The position numbers were made by a program, and so were the translations under genes. The notes beneath the pieces are model-generated. The model was not told the DNA's origin and ran no database searches. It saw nothing but the letters and a program-made list of their open reading frames with translations. From contig CAVRVY010000002.1 of the NCBI GenBank assembly GCA_963724765.1, forward strand, positions 128,001 through 192,000: DNA of 64,000 bases, given 5' to 3'. The stretch comes from an uncultured delta proteobacterium (GTDB taxonomy: Bacteria; Desulfobacterota; Binatia; Binatales; Binataceae). Positions 40,027-50,213 of the stretch are shown here, piece by piece. The first letter of the stretch is position 1, and every line of letters starts with the position of its first letter.

Positions 40027-41084
40027 ATGGCGGCCGCGCGCACCGATTTCTGGGAGCTTGAGCGCCGCAACCGGCGCGAGACTGCGGCCCTGGTCGTAGT
40101 CTTCATTGCGCTATTCACCGCGCTCGGCTTCGGCCTGGATTTTCGCTTTGGTGACCTCGCGATCGTCGACGGATCACTTACTGGCTTCCCGCTGCTGACG
40201 CTTATCGCGCTCGGCTTCGGAATTTTCCAGTCGCTGCTCTCATACTATGGTGGGGCTTCCCTGGTACTGGCCTCGGTGCAGGCGCGCGAGCTTTCCCCCG
40301 ACACGCCTCAGCATCAGATGGTGCTCGACGTGGTGCGCGAGATGGCGCTGGCGGCGCGGATGCCGGTGCCCAAGGCGTACCTGATGAGCGATCCATCCCC
40401 TAATGCATTCGCGACCGGCCGCGATCCAAATCATTCGGTGGTGTGCGTCACCCAGGGACTGATCGACACGATGGATCGCGAGGAAGTGCAGGGCGTGCTG
40501 GGCCACGAGATGGCGCACGTGCGCGACTACGACATCCGGACCATGATGATGATCGCGGTGCTGGTGGCGGGGATCGCGATGCTGGCCGATTTTGTTTACC
40601 GCTCGATGTGGTACACGGGCGGAGTTGGCGGCAGCGGCAGAAGCCGCGGCAGTCGCGACGACGACAGCAGCAGCGGCAATGCGGGCGCGCTGATTGGCAT
40701 CCTGGTGGTCGTGCTCGCCGTACTGGCGCCGTTTTTCGCGCAACTGCTCGCGATGGCGGTGTCGCGCCAGCGCGAATATCTCGCCGACGCCGCTTCGGTC
40801 GAGTTCACGCGCAATCCGCGGGCGCTGCTGCGCGCGCTCGAGCGCATCGCGGAGACCGAATCGCCGCTGCGCAACGCCTCGCGCGGCACCGCGCATTTGT
40901 TCATCGTCAATCCATTGCAGGGCGCGCGCGACCGCGCGACGATGATGAGGGCTTTTTCGCCAATCTCTTTTCGACCCATCCGCCGCTCCCCCGGCGGATC
41001 GAGCGGCTGCGCGCGATGCTCAACGAGGCGGGCGGCGTAGCGCCGCCGGCGGATGCAGCAGCCGCGCCAACTTCGCGCGGATGA
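40027..41084 (+). pseudogene. htpX: HtpX-like M48 zinc protease, C-terminus frameshifted by an 8-bp tandem duplication (40925-40940)
   Basis: PNAFATG, HEMAH, SRQREYLADA; the conserved LFSTHPP..RIERL lies in another frame and is restored by removing one CGCGCGAC. Confidence 0.8.
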
Positions 41085-41105
41085 TATGCGCGCACGAGGA
41101 CGGCG

Positions 41106-41594
41106 CTAGCGGTTGCGATGGCGAAGTTCGCGTTCGACTTCGCGCCGCGCGGTCTTGCGCTTGATCGCCTCGCGCTTGTCGTAGAGCTTCTTGCCCTTGG
41201 CCAGCCCGAGTTCGACCTTGGCGCGGCCGCGGCGGAAGTAAATCTTTAGCGGCACCATCGTGTAGCCCTGCTCGCGGGCGTGTCCCCACCAGCGGTCGAT
41301 CTCGCGCCGATGCATCAGGAGCTTGCGCGGGCGGATTTCCTTGTGGCTGAACTGTCCGGCCGGCGCATAGGCGCCGATATGCACGCCGTACAGGAACGCT
41401 TCGCTATTTTTGATCCGCGCGTAGCTGTCGCGCAGGTTGACCTTGTGCGCGCGAAGCGACTTGACCTCGGTGCCGGTCAGCGCGAGGCCGCACTCCAGCG
41501 ACTCCTCGATGAAGAAATCGTGGCGGGCTTTACGATTGTCGGCGACCAGCTCGTAGCCGTCGTCGGGCGCCTTGGCGCTTTCCTGGCGAGCCAT
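41106..41594 (-). CDS. smpB: SsrA-binding protein
   Basis: NRKARHDF, LTGTEVKSLR, RKLLMHRREI, AKGKKLYDKRE. Confidence 0.97.
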   Translation of the reverse strand: MARQESAKAPDDGYELVADNRKARHDFFIEESLECGLALTGTEVKSLRAHKVNLRDSYARIKNSEAFLYGVHIGAYAPAGQFSHKEIRPRKLLMHRREIDRWWGHAREQGYTMVPLKIYFRRGRAKVELGLAKGKKLYDKREAIKRKTARREVERELRHRNR

Positions 41595-41666
41595 CCTTAC
41601 GAGCTTACCCGTGCCGCGGCTCCAGCATAAGTGGATGAGCGGACTGTCGAGTACGTTGTTGATTTC

Positions 41667-42239
41667 CTAGTCGCGTGGCGAGGCGATGAGCTTCGTCCAG
41701 TCGTGCAGCGCGGCCTCGGTGGTGCGAAACGCGATCTCTTCCCACGGAATATCGGCGGGCGCGAAGTAGCGCACCTCGCTCGCCTCGTCGGACAGCCCGG
41801 GGCGCTCGCGGCCGGGCGTGGCGAGGTAGACCACGACCGCTGCGATCGGATTTTGCGGATCGGCGTAGATGCCGAGCAGGCGTTCGATCGTGACGTTCAT
41901 CCCGACTTCCTCGACCGTTTCACGCAGCGCCGCCGGCTTAGGCATCTCACCGAGGTCCACGTAGCCGCCGGGAAAAGTCCAGTAGCCCAGCCGCGGCGGG
42001 ATCGCGCGGCGCAGCAGCAGCACGCGGCCGGCGTCGATCACCAGGCATCCGGCGACCAGCTTGGGGCTTTGGAAATCGATATAGCCGCATCGCGAGCACA
42101 CCTTATGGCGCTTGCGGTCGGGCAGCACCATGCGCGGTTCCATCGCGCCCCCGCACAGCGCGCAGAAGCGCACGTTGGCGGGATACTGATGTTGGATTTC
42201 GTGGCGCGGCTCCACCGGACGATCGTCTTGGTCGGCCAT
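41667..42239 (-). CDS. NUDIX hydrolase with N-terminal zinc ribbon
   Basis: FCALCG...CSRCG, PGGYVDLGEMPKPAALRETVEEVG Nudix box. Confidence 0.9.
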   Translation of the reverse strand: MADQDDRPVEPRHEIQHQYPANVRFCALCGGAMEPRMVLPDRKRHKVCSRCGYIDFQSPKLVAGCLVIDAGRVLLLRRAIPPRLGYWTFPGGYVDLGEMPKPAALRETVEEVGMNVTIERLLGIYADPQNPIAAVVVYLATPGRERPGLSDEASEVRYFAPADIPWEEIAFRTTEAALHDWTKLIASPRD

Positions 42240-42316
42240 GCAGGAGAGCTTGGCGGATCGACGCGGCGTATCGCAACCACGTCGATCCGCAAATTCTTTT
42301 ACGTTCCCGAAAAAAA

Positions 42317-44920
42317 CTAGAACGTGAGGCGGCGGACCAGCGCCTCGCCGATAAGCAGGATCATCGCCGCGAGCAGCGGCCACGCCGCCATCGATTGCCG
42401 CAGCTCGTGCTCGGGGCGCGTCAAACCGACGTCGGCGGGCGACGGATTGAGCCGCCCGCCGCTGCCCGACGCGAGGCGCTCGAGCAGTGTGTAGTTGGGC
42501 TCCGGGCGCGGCAGCTCGGCGTTGATCGCGGGGCTGACCGTGTACGCGAGCGGTGGGAACGCGAGCGCCTCGGCGGTGGCTGCCTTCAGCGTGATGTTGT
42601 ATGTGCCCGGGTGCGGCGCGTCGAAGCTGCCATAAAGCTCGCCCGGGACTTCCTCGGAAAGCGCGGTCTGCACGCGGCTGCCGTCGGGGCGCGTGATGAT
42701 CGCGCTGACCAGCGCGGCTGCCGGCGCCGGACGGTCGCTATAGTTGGTGAGTCTCAGATGGATGCGGCCCTCGCGATAGCCGAGCGCGACGTCGAACTTC
42801 TGCTCTGTGGCCGCGGTCTCGGGCGTCATCCAGGAAAACACCTTGCTCCAGACCTGGCCGAAGATTCCGTCCTGCACCCACGGCGAGGACCATCGCCCGC
42901 TCGCGTCGGTGGTGACCGCGACCGCCTTGCCGGCCGCATAGCGCCAGCTCGCGATGAGTGGCTCGTGCGTGTTGGCGCGGTTGATGAAAGCGTCGAGCGT
43001 GGCCTGCGGCTTGAGTTCGGTGGCGACGAAGCCCTTGATCGCCGGGAGCTGACGGCCGCCGAGCTCCTTGAGCAGCGAATCGGGCTTCATCGTGAACGGC
43101 GTGAAATCTTTTTCGACCATCGTGGTCTCGCCGCCGTGCGATTTCACGTCCTGCAAAAACAACTCCGGCAGGTTGGCCGCGCTATCGGTCTGGTAGAAGC
43201 CGCCGCCGCCGTATTTGCTGATCGATTCGAGCAGCGGCAGATTGGCCTCCCGGCCGATCGCGATGGCGGAGATCGTCACGCCGCCCTCGCGATGCATCGA
43301 GGAGACCAGGTCGTAGTACATCGCGGCCGTGCCACCGGTCTCGCCGTCGGTCAGAACCACGACGTGCTTCACCGATGCGTTGCTGCCGGCCAGCATCCGC
43401 TCGGCCTCCTGCATCGCCGGCAGCAGGTAGGTGGTGCCGTGCGCTTTGAGCCGGTTGATCAACTCGTCGAAGTAGGGCCGGCTCTGGCTGAGCGGCGTCA
43501 GCGGGACCATCACGAACGGCTGCGAGTCAAAGCCGATGACCGCGACCAGGTCGCTGTCGGCCATCGTCTTGGTGACCGTGCGCGCCGCCGCCTTCGCGTA
43601 TTCCAGCTTATCGTTGCGCCCCATCGAGCCCGATTTGTCGATTATCAGGACGAGCGCGCGGGTGCGCTGGCGATGCTGCGGCGGCTTCATGATGACCGGC
43701 AGCGCGCGCGCAAGGGGGCTATCCTGGTAACCGCCCAGGCCGAAGCTTTCGTCGCCCCCTGCCATCGCGAGCGAGCCGCCCTCCTCGACGTAGTTGACCA
43801 GGGCCTGCTGGGCCGCGGGCGAGAGCCGCGAGCGCGGCACGTTGTTTAGCACCACCGCGTCGTAGCCCTTGAGATTGCCGCTCCAGGAGCCGCTGGGCGT
43901 GACCACGGTCGGCTCCAGGCCCATCCGATGCACGACCGATTCGAGGTACTCCGCGTCGCGCGCCGAGCCGGTCAGGATGAGCACCTTGCGCTGCGCGCCG
44001 ATCCCGACCCATCCGGTGAGCGAGTCATCCTCGGTGAAGACGTCCTGGGCCGGATTGGCGGGCTTGAAGGAGGCGGTGTACGAGGTCAGCCCGGAAGCCT
44101 CGGCATGGACCGGGAAGTCGAAGCGTTGCTGGCCGCTTTGCAAGGTGACGGCGCGCGCGTCGGTCTGGCGGCCGTTTTGGAAGATTGAGATGGTTCCGCC
44201 GACCGGAGTCGGGTTGTAATTGGTGGTGGTGACGCTGAGCGCGAACGGCTCCGACTTGGCCAGCGCCGGCGGCATCGCGAGGCCGGTGATCGCGACGTTG
44301 GGGATGCCGCGTGCGCCGGGCGGAGTGAAGATGTAAAGCCGCACTCCGGCAGAGCGGATCGCGCCGAGCGCGCGTTCCGCATTGCCACGGGTCTCCCATC
44401 CGTCGGTCACCAGGACCACCGTGCCGTCGTGCGCGGCCGGGGTGGCGGCGACCTTTTCGAGCGCCGCTTCGAGGTTGGTCGCGCCCGGCGCACAGGTGGC
44501 GCATCCGGCTGCCGCTTGGAGCTTCGCGAGCGCGCCCGCGACCGTGGTCGGCTCGGGATCGGTGGCAAAAATCACCGCCGGGTCGCCGGCGTGCAACTTT
44601 AGATCCTCGCGCAGGAGCTTGGCCGTCCACGCGCGCATCGCCGCGGTGATACTGGCCGAGGCGTCGACCACCGCCGGCCGCGTGGCGCCCTCGCTGCGCG
44701 TGACAGTTTGCGGATCGGCGAGCGCCAGCACGCATAGCGCCAGCACCGCCGCGCGCAAAAGCGGCGCGAAGAGCTTGCGCGGCGTGTCGACGCCGAACAG
44801 CGACCAGGCGAAGATCACACCGACCGCGATCAGCAGCCAGAGCGCGCCCGGATTCGCCAGCTTCACGCCGGCCAGCATGACGCGCAAGTTCCCAAGCTCC
44901 CCAAGGCTCCCGAGGTTCAT
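42317..44920 (-). CDS. Membrane-anchored VWA + class I glutamine-amidotransferase-like + VWA protein
   Basis: DASAS/TDG VWA, YDAVVLNNVP...GGSL..GG..SFGLGGY GATase-like, IDKSGSM second VWA, terminal TM helices. Confidence 0.85.
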   Translation of the reverse strand: MNLGSLGELGNLRVMLAGVKLANPGALWLLIAVGVIFAWSLFGVDTPRKLFAPLLRAAVLALCVLALADPQTVTRSEGATRPAVVDASASITAAMRAWTAKLLREDLKLHAGDPAVIFATDPEPTTVAGALAKLQAAAGCATCAPGATNLEAALEKVAATPAAHDGTVVLVTDGWETRGNAERALGAIRSAGVRLYIFTPPGARGIPNVAITGLAMPPALAKSEPFALSVTTTNYNPTPVGGTISIFQNGRQTDARAVTLQSGQQRFDFPVHAEASGLTSYTASFKPANPAQDVFTEDDSLTGWVGIGAQRKVLILTGSARDAEYLESVVHRMGLEPTVVTPSGSWSGNLKGYDAVVLNNVPRSRLSPAAQQALVNYVEEGGSLAMAGGDESFGLGGYQDSPLARALPVIMKPPQHRQRTRALVLIIDKSGSMGRNDKLEYAKAAARTVTKTMADSDLVAVIGFDSQPFVMVPLTPLSQSRPYFDELINRLKAHGTTYLLPAMQEAERMLAGSNASVKHVVVLTDGETGGTAAMYYDLVSSMHREGGVTISAIAIGREANLPLLESISKYGGGGFYQTDSAANLPELFLQDVKSHGGETTMVEKDFTPFTMKPDSLLKELGGRQLPAIKGFVATELKPQATLDAFINRANTHEPLIASWRYAAGKAVAVTTDASGRWSSPWVQDGIFGQVWSKVFSWMTPETAATEQKFDVALGYREGRIHLRLTNYSDRPAPAAALVSAIITRPDGSRVQTALSEEVPGELYGSFDAPHPGTYNITLKAATAEALAFPPLAYTVSPAINAELPRPEPNYTLLERLASGSGGRLNPSPADVGLTRPEHELRQSMAAWPLLAAMILLIGEALVRRLTF

Positions 44921-44922
44921 CG

Positions 44923-46731
44923 CTAGACCGTGACCACCCGCCGGCGGCGCCGATATGCGATCAACGCTTCAAGGATCACCAGCGCGACGATCGCGAGGAT
45001 GAAGTCGCTGGTCACTGGTGCGCGGCGCGGTGCAACTTCGGCCATCGCGGCCGAGCCGCTCGCTTCGATCTTCATTGACGGCGTGTTTTCGAGATCGGAG
45101 GCGCGCAGGTTGGCGAGGTTAACCGCGCGCTCGGATTTGGCCCCGTCTGAGGCGAGGAGCTGATAGAGGCCCTGGAAGTTGGCTCCGGTGAACAGCATCC
45201 CCGCTGTGACTTTGATCTTGCGCCCGTCGGGCGGCACGATCGCGTCGACCCCGGCCGGCACGATCCACGGATCGCCGGTATGGTAGCCCGCGGTCTCGGC
45301 GCCGAAGCCGGCCAGGTAGCTGAGCGAGTTCAGCGTCAGCACCGACATCGGGAGGTTCTGCCGCCCGAGATAGGGAAAGGGATTGAAGCCCAGGGCGACG
45401 ATACGATGGCCGGAGCGCTCGCCCGCGAGCATCAGCGCGCCGCCGCTGCCGGTGACGATCGCCTGGAGCCACGGATGCTGGCCGAGGTATTCGCTGCCGT
45501 GCAAATTGAGCAAGCGGAAATTCACCGAGTCGGTGAGCGGTCCGGTCGGCGGCCATCCGGTGATCTCGATGTTGACGGCGGGCTGAATGTTGAAGCCGAA
45601 GACCGGATCGGCGGGCGGCGGCATCACCAGCAGCGTGTTGACGGGCGGCATCTCCTTGGGGACCGCGTACTCGAAGATCGCGAGGTCGGCGGAGGCGAGG
45701 TCATTGGGCGAAAAACTGGTGGGCGACGCGACACGGACTGAGATGCCCGGCAGGCCGTCGAGGCCGGCGGCGTCGGCGGGAGTCGGGGTCACGAACAAAA
45801 TCGAAATTGACTTGACTGCGCCGGCCGTGGCCCAGGCGACGTTGTCGAGCGGAAAACCGTCGGCCGGCGTAAGCTCTGCGCGATAGACCGCGGCGGGCGC
45901 GAGGTTGGGAAATTCGATCGCGCCGATCTGCCCCGGCTCCAGGTGCGCCTGGGCATGTCCGACGGACTTGCCGTCGCCGATGATTGCGAGCTTTAAGGTT
46001 TGCGCCACGGGACTGAAGTTCGCGATTGTCAAATGGGCGTGCAGCGCGGCCTGTCCCAACAACTCGTGGCGCAGCACGAATGATCCAATCGCATAGTTGG
46101 GCAGCGGATCGCTGGTCGCGAACGTCTCGATACGCGGCGGCACAGGCGCCGCAAGCGGCCGCGCGCCGGCATAGATCACCCGGCGCAGGCGCGTGTCGGA
46201 AGCAAGCTCGCCCAGAAGCGCGCTCAGCGCGGCCTGGTCGGACGGCGTGTCGGCGGGATGCAATTGCGCCAGTGCGGCCGACGCTTCCGCGGCGCTGGCG
46301 AACGGCGGACCTTCACGATGAGGCTGCGGGGCGGTCAGGTACAGGTTGACCTCGCCCGGCCCTTCCCGGCCGAGCGCATCTTTGAGCGCCGCGCGTGCGA
46401 TGTCGAAGCGGGTGCGCCCGGGCGCTGCCGCGGCCTGCATCGCCGCCGAGTCATCGAGCACCACCGCGATAGGATTGCCCGTGCGCGTGACGTAAGGCCC
46501 CGCAATCGCCAACACCGCGAGCCCGATGATGAGCATTTCGACGAAGAACATCCAGTCCGGCCGCGGCCATCCGCCGAAGCGTTGCCCGCGCCGCGCGCGC
46601 AGCGCGCGAAAGGCCAGCACGCTCGAGACCACGACGCGGCGCGGACGCTCACGCACGAGGTAGGCAAGTGCGAGCGCCGGAATCAGCGCGAGCAGGTAAT
46701 AAAGCGCGCCTGGATTCAGGAATCCCATCAC
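44923..46731 (-). CDS. BatA N-terminal domain / VWA protein
   Basis: MGFLNP..LLAL.P, VVVSSVL, VLDDSAAM, C-terminal TM with RRRRR. Confidence 0.8.
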   Translation of the reverse strand: MMGFLNPGALYYLLALIPALALAYLVRERPRRVVVSSVLAFRALRARRGQRFGGWPRPDWMFFVEMLIIGLAVLAIAGPYVTRTGNPIAVVLDDSAAMQAAAAPGRTRFDIARAALKDALGREGPGEVNLYLTAPQPHREGPPFASAAEASAALAQLHPADTPSDQAALSALLGELASDTRLRRVIYAGARPLAAPVPPRIETFATSDPLPNYAIGSFVLRHELLGQAALHAHLTIANFSPVAQTLKLAIIGDGKSVGHAQAHLEPGQIGAIEFPNLAPAAVYRAELTPADGFPLDNVAWATAGAVKSISILFVTPTPADAAGLDGLPGISVRVASPTSFSPNDLASADLAIFEYAVPKEMPPVNTLLVMPPPADPVFGFNIQPAVNIEITGWPPTGPLTDSVNFRLLNLHGSEYLGQHPWLQAIVTGSGGALMLAGERSGHRIVALGFNPFPYLGRQNLPMSVLTLNSLSYLAGFGAETAGYHTGDPWIVPAGVDAIVPPDGRKIKVTAGMLFTGANFQGLYQLLASDGAKSERAVNLANLRASDLENTPSMKIEASGSAAMAEVAPRRAPVTSDFILAIVALVILEALIAYRRRRRVVTV

Positions 46732-46735
46732 CCAG

Positions 46736-47638
46736 TTAATGCCGCCTTAGGCCGAAATCGGCGCTCGCGCGCAGGAAGAAGTCGTGGAAATTCAGATCGG
46801 TGGTGTAGAGCGTGTAGTGCAGGCCACGGCGCAGGCAAAACGTTCTGATCTCGCGCGACAGACGCGCCAGCGTCTGTCGATACTGCTCGCGCTCGCGGTT
46901 GCCGATCGAAGCCATCACGCGCTCGCCGCTCTCCGCATCAACCAGTTCGACGTCGCCCGCCAGCCCCGCCGCCGCCATCTCACCGCCGCCGAGAATCTGC
47001 ACCGCGGTCACGTCCATGTTGGCGGCGGTGAACAGGCCCAGTCCGCGAGTCACCGAATTTATCATCATCAGGTAGTCCGAGATCACGAAGACCTTGCCGG
47101 CGCGGCGAACCGAGACCAGCTCGCGCGCGAGCGCCGTGGCGAGGTCGAGCTGGCCGGCTGGCCGGATTGCGCCCAGGCGCTGCGCCAGTTCGACGATCCG
47201 ATGGCGGCCGTAAACGAAGCCGGGCGTGGAGGCTTTGCCGTCGCCGGCCAGCACGCGGATCATCACACGGTCGCCCTGCGCGAGCGCGACGTAGGCGAAG
47301 GCGAGCGCGGTCGCGACCGCCATCGGGAATTTGCGGTCGGCCTCGGGCAGGCCCATCGAGGCGCTGGCGTCGAGAAAGATGTAGGTGAGGAGGTCTTCCT
47401 CCTCCTTGAACAGCTTGATGTAGAGCTTGTCGGTGCGGCCGTAAAGTCCCCAGTCGATGAAGCGGTAATCGTCGCCCAGCGCGTAATGGCGGAAGTCGCT
47501 GAACTCCAGCGACGAGCCGCGCCGGGGCGAGAGATGAGCGCCCTTGCCGAGTCCCTCGAACTCGCGCCGCGTCTTGATCCGTAGATGTTCGAGCCGGGCC
47601 AGGAAGTCCGGCGTAAATTCCTCGGGCAGTCCCAGCAT
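46736..47638 (-). CDS. DUF58 family protein
   Basis: GSSLEFSDFRHYALGDDYRFIDW..YGRTDKLYIKLF, LDASASM. Confidence 0.9.
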   Translation of the reverse strand: MLGLPEEFTPDFLARLEHLRIKTRREFEGLGKGAHLSPRRGSSLEFSDFRHYALGDDYRFIDWGLYGRTDKLYIKLFKEEEDLLTYIFLDASASMGLPEADRKFPMAVATALAFAYVALAQGDRVMIRVLAGDGKASTPGFVYGRHRIVELAQRLGAIRPAGQLDLATALARELVSVRRAGKVFVISDYLMMINSVTRGLGLFTAANMDVTAVQILGGGEMAAAGLAGDVELVDAESGERVMASIGNREREQYRQTLARLSREIRTFCLRRGLHYTLYTTDLNFHDFFLRASADFGLRRH

Positions 47639-47644
47639 CGATAC

Positions 47645-48661
47645 TTACGCGCGCGGCTTCTTGAGCCGCTTGGTTGCCTGGTCGAGGATCGAATCGGTAC
47701 TGACGTTTTCGGCCTCGGCCTGGAAGTTGCGCAACAGCCGATGGCGCAGTGCCGGGGCCACGCCGTCGGCGACGTCGTCGTAGCTGACGCTGACGCGGCC
47801 GTCGAGCAGAGCGTTGACCTTGGCGCACAGGATGAGCGCCTGGGCGCCGCGCGGGCTCGGCCCGAAGCGCAGGTACTGCGAGACCTCGGGAATCGCGCCG
47901 GGACCGTTGGGCGTGCAGGCACCGATTATGCCGATCACGTAGCGCTCGATCGGCTCGGCCACCATCACCTCGCGCACCAGCGCTTTGAGCTGCTCGATCG
48001 CCACGGGCGCGCCGGCTATGGGAAAGATGGCCTCCGCGCTATGCATCGTGGCCCCGGTGGTGCGGTTCAGAATTTCGCGCAACTCCTCCGGCTTGGGCGA
48101 ACTCATCACGACCTTGAACAAAAAGCGGTCCATCTGCGCCTCGGGCAGCGGATAGGTGCCCTCGAGCTCGATCGGATTCTGCGTCGCCAGCACCATGAAT
48201 GGCGGCTCGAGTGGATAGGTCATGCCGAAGACCGTGACCTGTCGCTCTTCCATCGCCTCCAGCACGGCGGATTGAGTCTTGGGCGTGGCGCGGTTGATCT
48301 CGTCGCCGAGCACGACGTGGGCGAAAATCGGGCCGGGCTTGAAGTGGAACTCGCGCCGTCCATCGGCCTCGGTCAGGACCTGGGTGCCGACGATGTCGGA
48401 GGGCATCAGGTCGGGCGTGAACTGGATGCGCTTGAAGCTGAGCCCCAGGGCGTCGCTGGCGGTCTTGCACATCAGGGTCTTGCCGAGCCCGGGGACGCCT
48501 TCGATCAGGACGTGGCCGCCCACGAACAATGCGGTCAGGGTTTTGCGGACGACATCCTGATGGCCGACGATAACCTTGCCGACCTCGGCTTCGGCGCGCG
48601 CGAAAGTGCGCCGGAAATCGGCGACGCGTTCAGTTGGCGTAATTTGCGGGGCCGCTCCCAT
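47645..48661 (-). CDS. MoxR family AAA+ ATPase
   Basis: GHVLIEGVPGLGKT, RIQFTPDLMPSD, DEINRATPKTQSA, ATQNPIE.EGTYPLPEAQMDRF. Confidence 0.95.
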   Translation of the reverse strand: MGAAPQITPTERVADFRRTFARAEAEVGKVIVGHQDVVRKTLTALFVGGHVLIEGVPGLGKTLMCKTASDALGLSFKRIQFTPDLMPSDIVGTQVLTEADGRREFHFKPGPIFAHVVLGDEINRATPKTQSAVLEAMEERQVTVFGMTYPLEPPFMVLATQNPIELEGTYPLPEAQMDRFLFKVVMSSPKPEELREILNRTTGATMHSAEAIFPIAGAPVAIEQLKALVREVMVAEPIERYVIGIIGACTPNGPGAIPEVSQYLRFGPSPRGAQALILCAKVNALLDGRVSVSYDDVADGVAPALRHRLLRNFQAEAENVSTDSILDQATKRLKKPRA

Positions 48662-48698
48662 GCCTTCTCCTTGTTCCAATTGATGCATACCGTGCGCG

Positions 48699-50213
48699 CT
48701 AGTGAATGAGATCTCTATAGCGTGGCGGCACAAGCTGACGTTCCTGGGGCGCGGCGTCAAGCCGCTCGGCCTTGAGCGGGACGTTGGCGTACGGAACGCT
48801 CGCGGTCGGCCGGTTGGTGTCGGGGACCAGTTTACCGCCGCTGGCGGAGACCACCTCGGTCGGCAGACGAAAGAGCACGTAGCGCGCGTCGCGAATCTCG
48901 ATCGCCGGTCCCTCGCCGGGTTTATAGAAGCGCGGAAAATTTTCGGCCACCGGGAATTCTCCAAGGTGAGTATCGCCGTTGCCGCCCTTTTCGTTTTTGC
49001 CGCTCTTCGAGCCGCCCGCGGGCATCTGCCCCTTGGCCGAGGTGTCCGGCCGCGGAACGTTGCCCTTGGCCGTCGCGTCGGGCTGCTGCGAGGGGCCGCC
49101 CTTTGCGTTGGGATTGTTGCCGGGCTTGAGCGCGTTGCCCTTCTCGCCCTGGCCCGGCTTGGGAGCGTTGCTGTTGGAGCCCGATGCGGTTTCGACTTGC
49201 GCTTGCGCCTTGGAGAGATCGTTGCGCAGCTCGACTATCTGTTGCTTGCCCTTGGGGCCATTGGGATTATTGCCCTGACTCTCGCCTGGACCCTGGCCCT
49301 GACCCTGACCTTTGCCTTGGCCATTGCCGCTATCCTGGCTCTGCCCGTTGCCTTGTCCGGTTCCTTTTCCGGAATTGCCCTTGCCATTCCCGCTGCCCGA
49401 GGAGTTTTTTGCGGATTGCTGGGGCGATGATCCCTGCTGTTGCTGCTTTTGCAGCTCACTCATCGCTTCGGCCAGCCGCGCGAGCTTCTCCTGGGGCGGA
49501 AGCTTTGGATTTTCGAGCGCGTTGGCGGCGGCGAGTATCTTGGAGGCAAGTTCCTTGTCGGCGGATGAGGGGGCACTCGCAAGCTGCTGGGCGGCCGCAC
49601 GAAGTTTGCGCGCTTGCAGTTGCTCCGCGGTCGGCGGCCGCACCAACGCCAACGCGGCCGCCGCGAGCGTCACGACCATGATGGCCGCGATAGGCAGCGA
49701 GCGCAGGAGCGGGCGGCGCAGCTCAAATGCGAAAGCGCCGTTGGGATCGAAGCGCTCGAGGTAGCCCGCGGCACGGCGCCATAGCAGCGGGAATAAGGGA
49801 GTCCGCTGCGCGCGCTGCGAGGCCGATTCGGCGGGGTCGGCGAGGCTTGCAAGCGTGACGATCTCCTGATGGCCGTCGACGGCTTCGTCGACGCGCTCGG
49901 CGGCATCCATGAAATCGTCCGCCTCGCGCCACGCTCGCCAAGCCGTCAGGACGCATCCGGCGAGCGCTGCCACGCCAGCAATCAGCAGGGCGATTCGCAG
50001 GCCATCGAGCCTCGCCGGCGCCAGCACGTAACCGAGGCGCTCCCACGTCGCCGGACCGATCGTTCCAAGTATGATGCGAAGCGTCGCGGCCAGGATCAAA
50101 GCAGTGAGCGCGGGAACGGCAAGCCCCAGTCCCGCGCGCAAGGCGGCGACCTGTTTGAGGCGGCGGCGCGCGGCATCGATTTGCTCGACGGGATTGATCA
50201 CGGCGGGTGTCAT
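48699..50213 (-). CDS. Membrane protein with coiled coil and Gly/Gln/Asn-rich low-complexity tail (MoxR-operon associated)
   Basis: Three TM segments, helical region, GQGKGQGQGQG repeats, C-terminal VPPRYRDLI motif typical of these operons. Confidence 0.7.
   Translation of the reverse strand: MTPAVINPVEQIDAARRRLKQVAALRAGLGLAVPALTALILAATLRIILGTIGPATWERLGYVLAPARLDGLRIALLIAGVAALAGCVLTAWRAWREADDFMDAAERVDEAVDGHQEIVTLASLADPAESASQRAQRTPLFPLLWRRAAGYLERFDPNGAFAFELRRPLLRSLPIAAIMVVTLAAAALALVRPPTAEQLQARKLRAAAQQLASAPSSADKELASKILAAANALENPKLPPQEKLARLAEAMSELQKQQQQGSSPQQSAKNSSGSGNGKGNSGKGTGQGNGQSQDSGNGQGKGQGQGQGPGESQGNNPNGPKGKQQIVELRNDLSKAQAQVETASGSNSNAPKPGQGEKGNALKPGNNPNAKGGPSQQPDATAKGNVPRPDTSAKGQMPAGGSKSGKNEKGGNGDTHLGEFPVAENFPRFYKPGEGPAIEIRDARYVLFRLPTEVVSASGGKLVPDTNRPTASVPYANVPLKAERLDAAPQERQLVPPRYRDLIH

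Noticed and set aside
41084-41670. tmRNA (ssrA) near smpB
   Set aside because: Flanking gaps are too short and no tRNA-like ends or tag reading frame are visible.
49260-49450. Short GQG/QQ repeats in the MoxR-associated protein
   Set aside because: Ordinary low-complexity linker common in this protein class; no evidence of a separate element.
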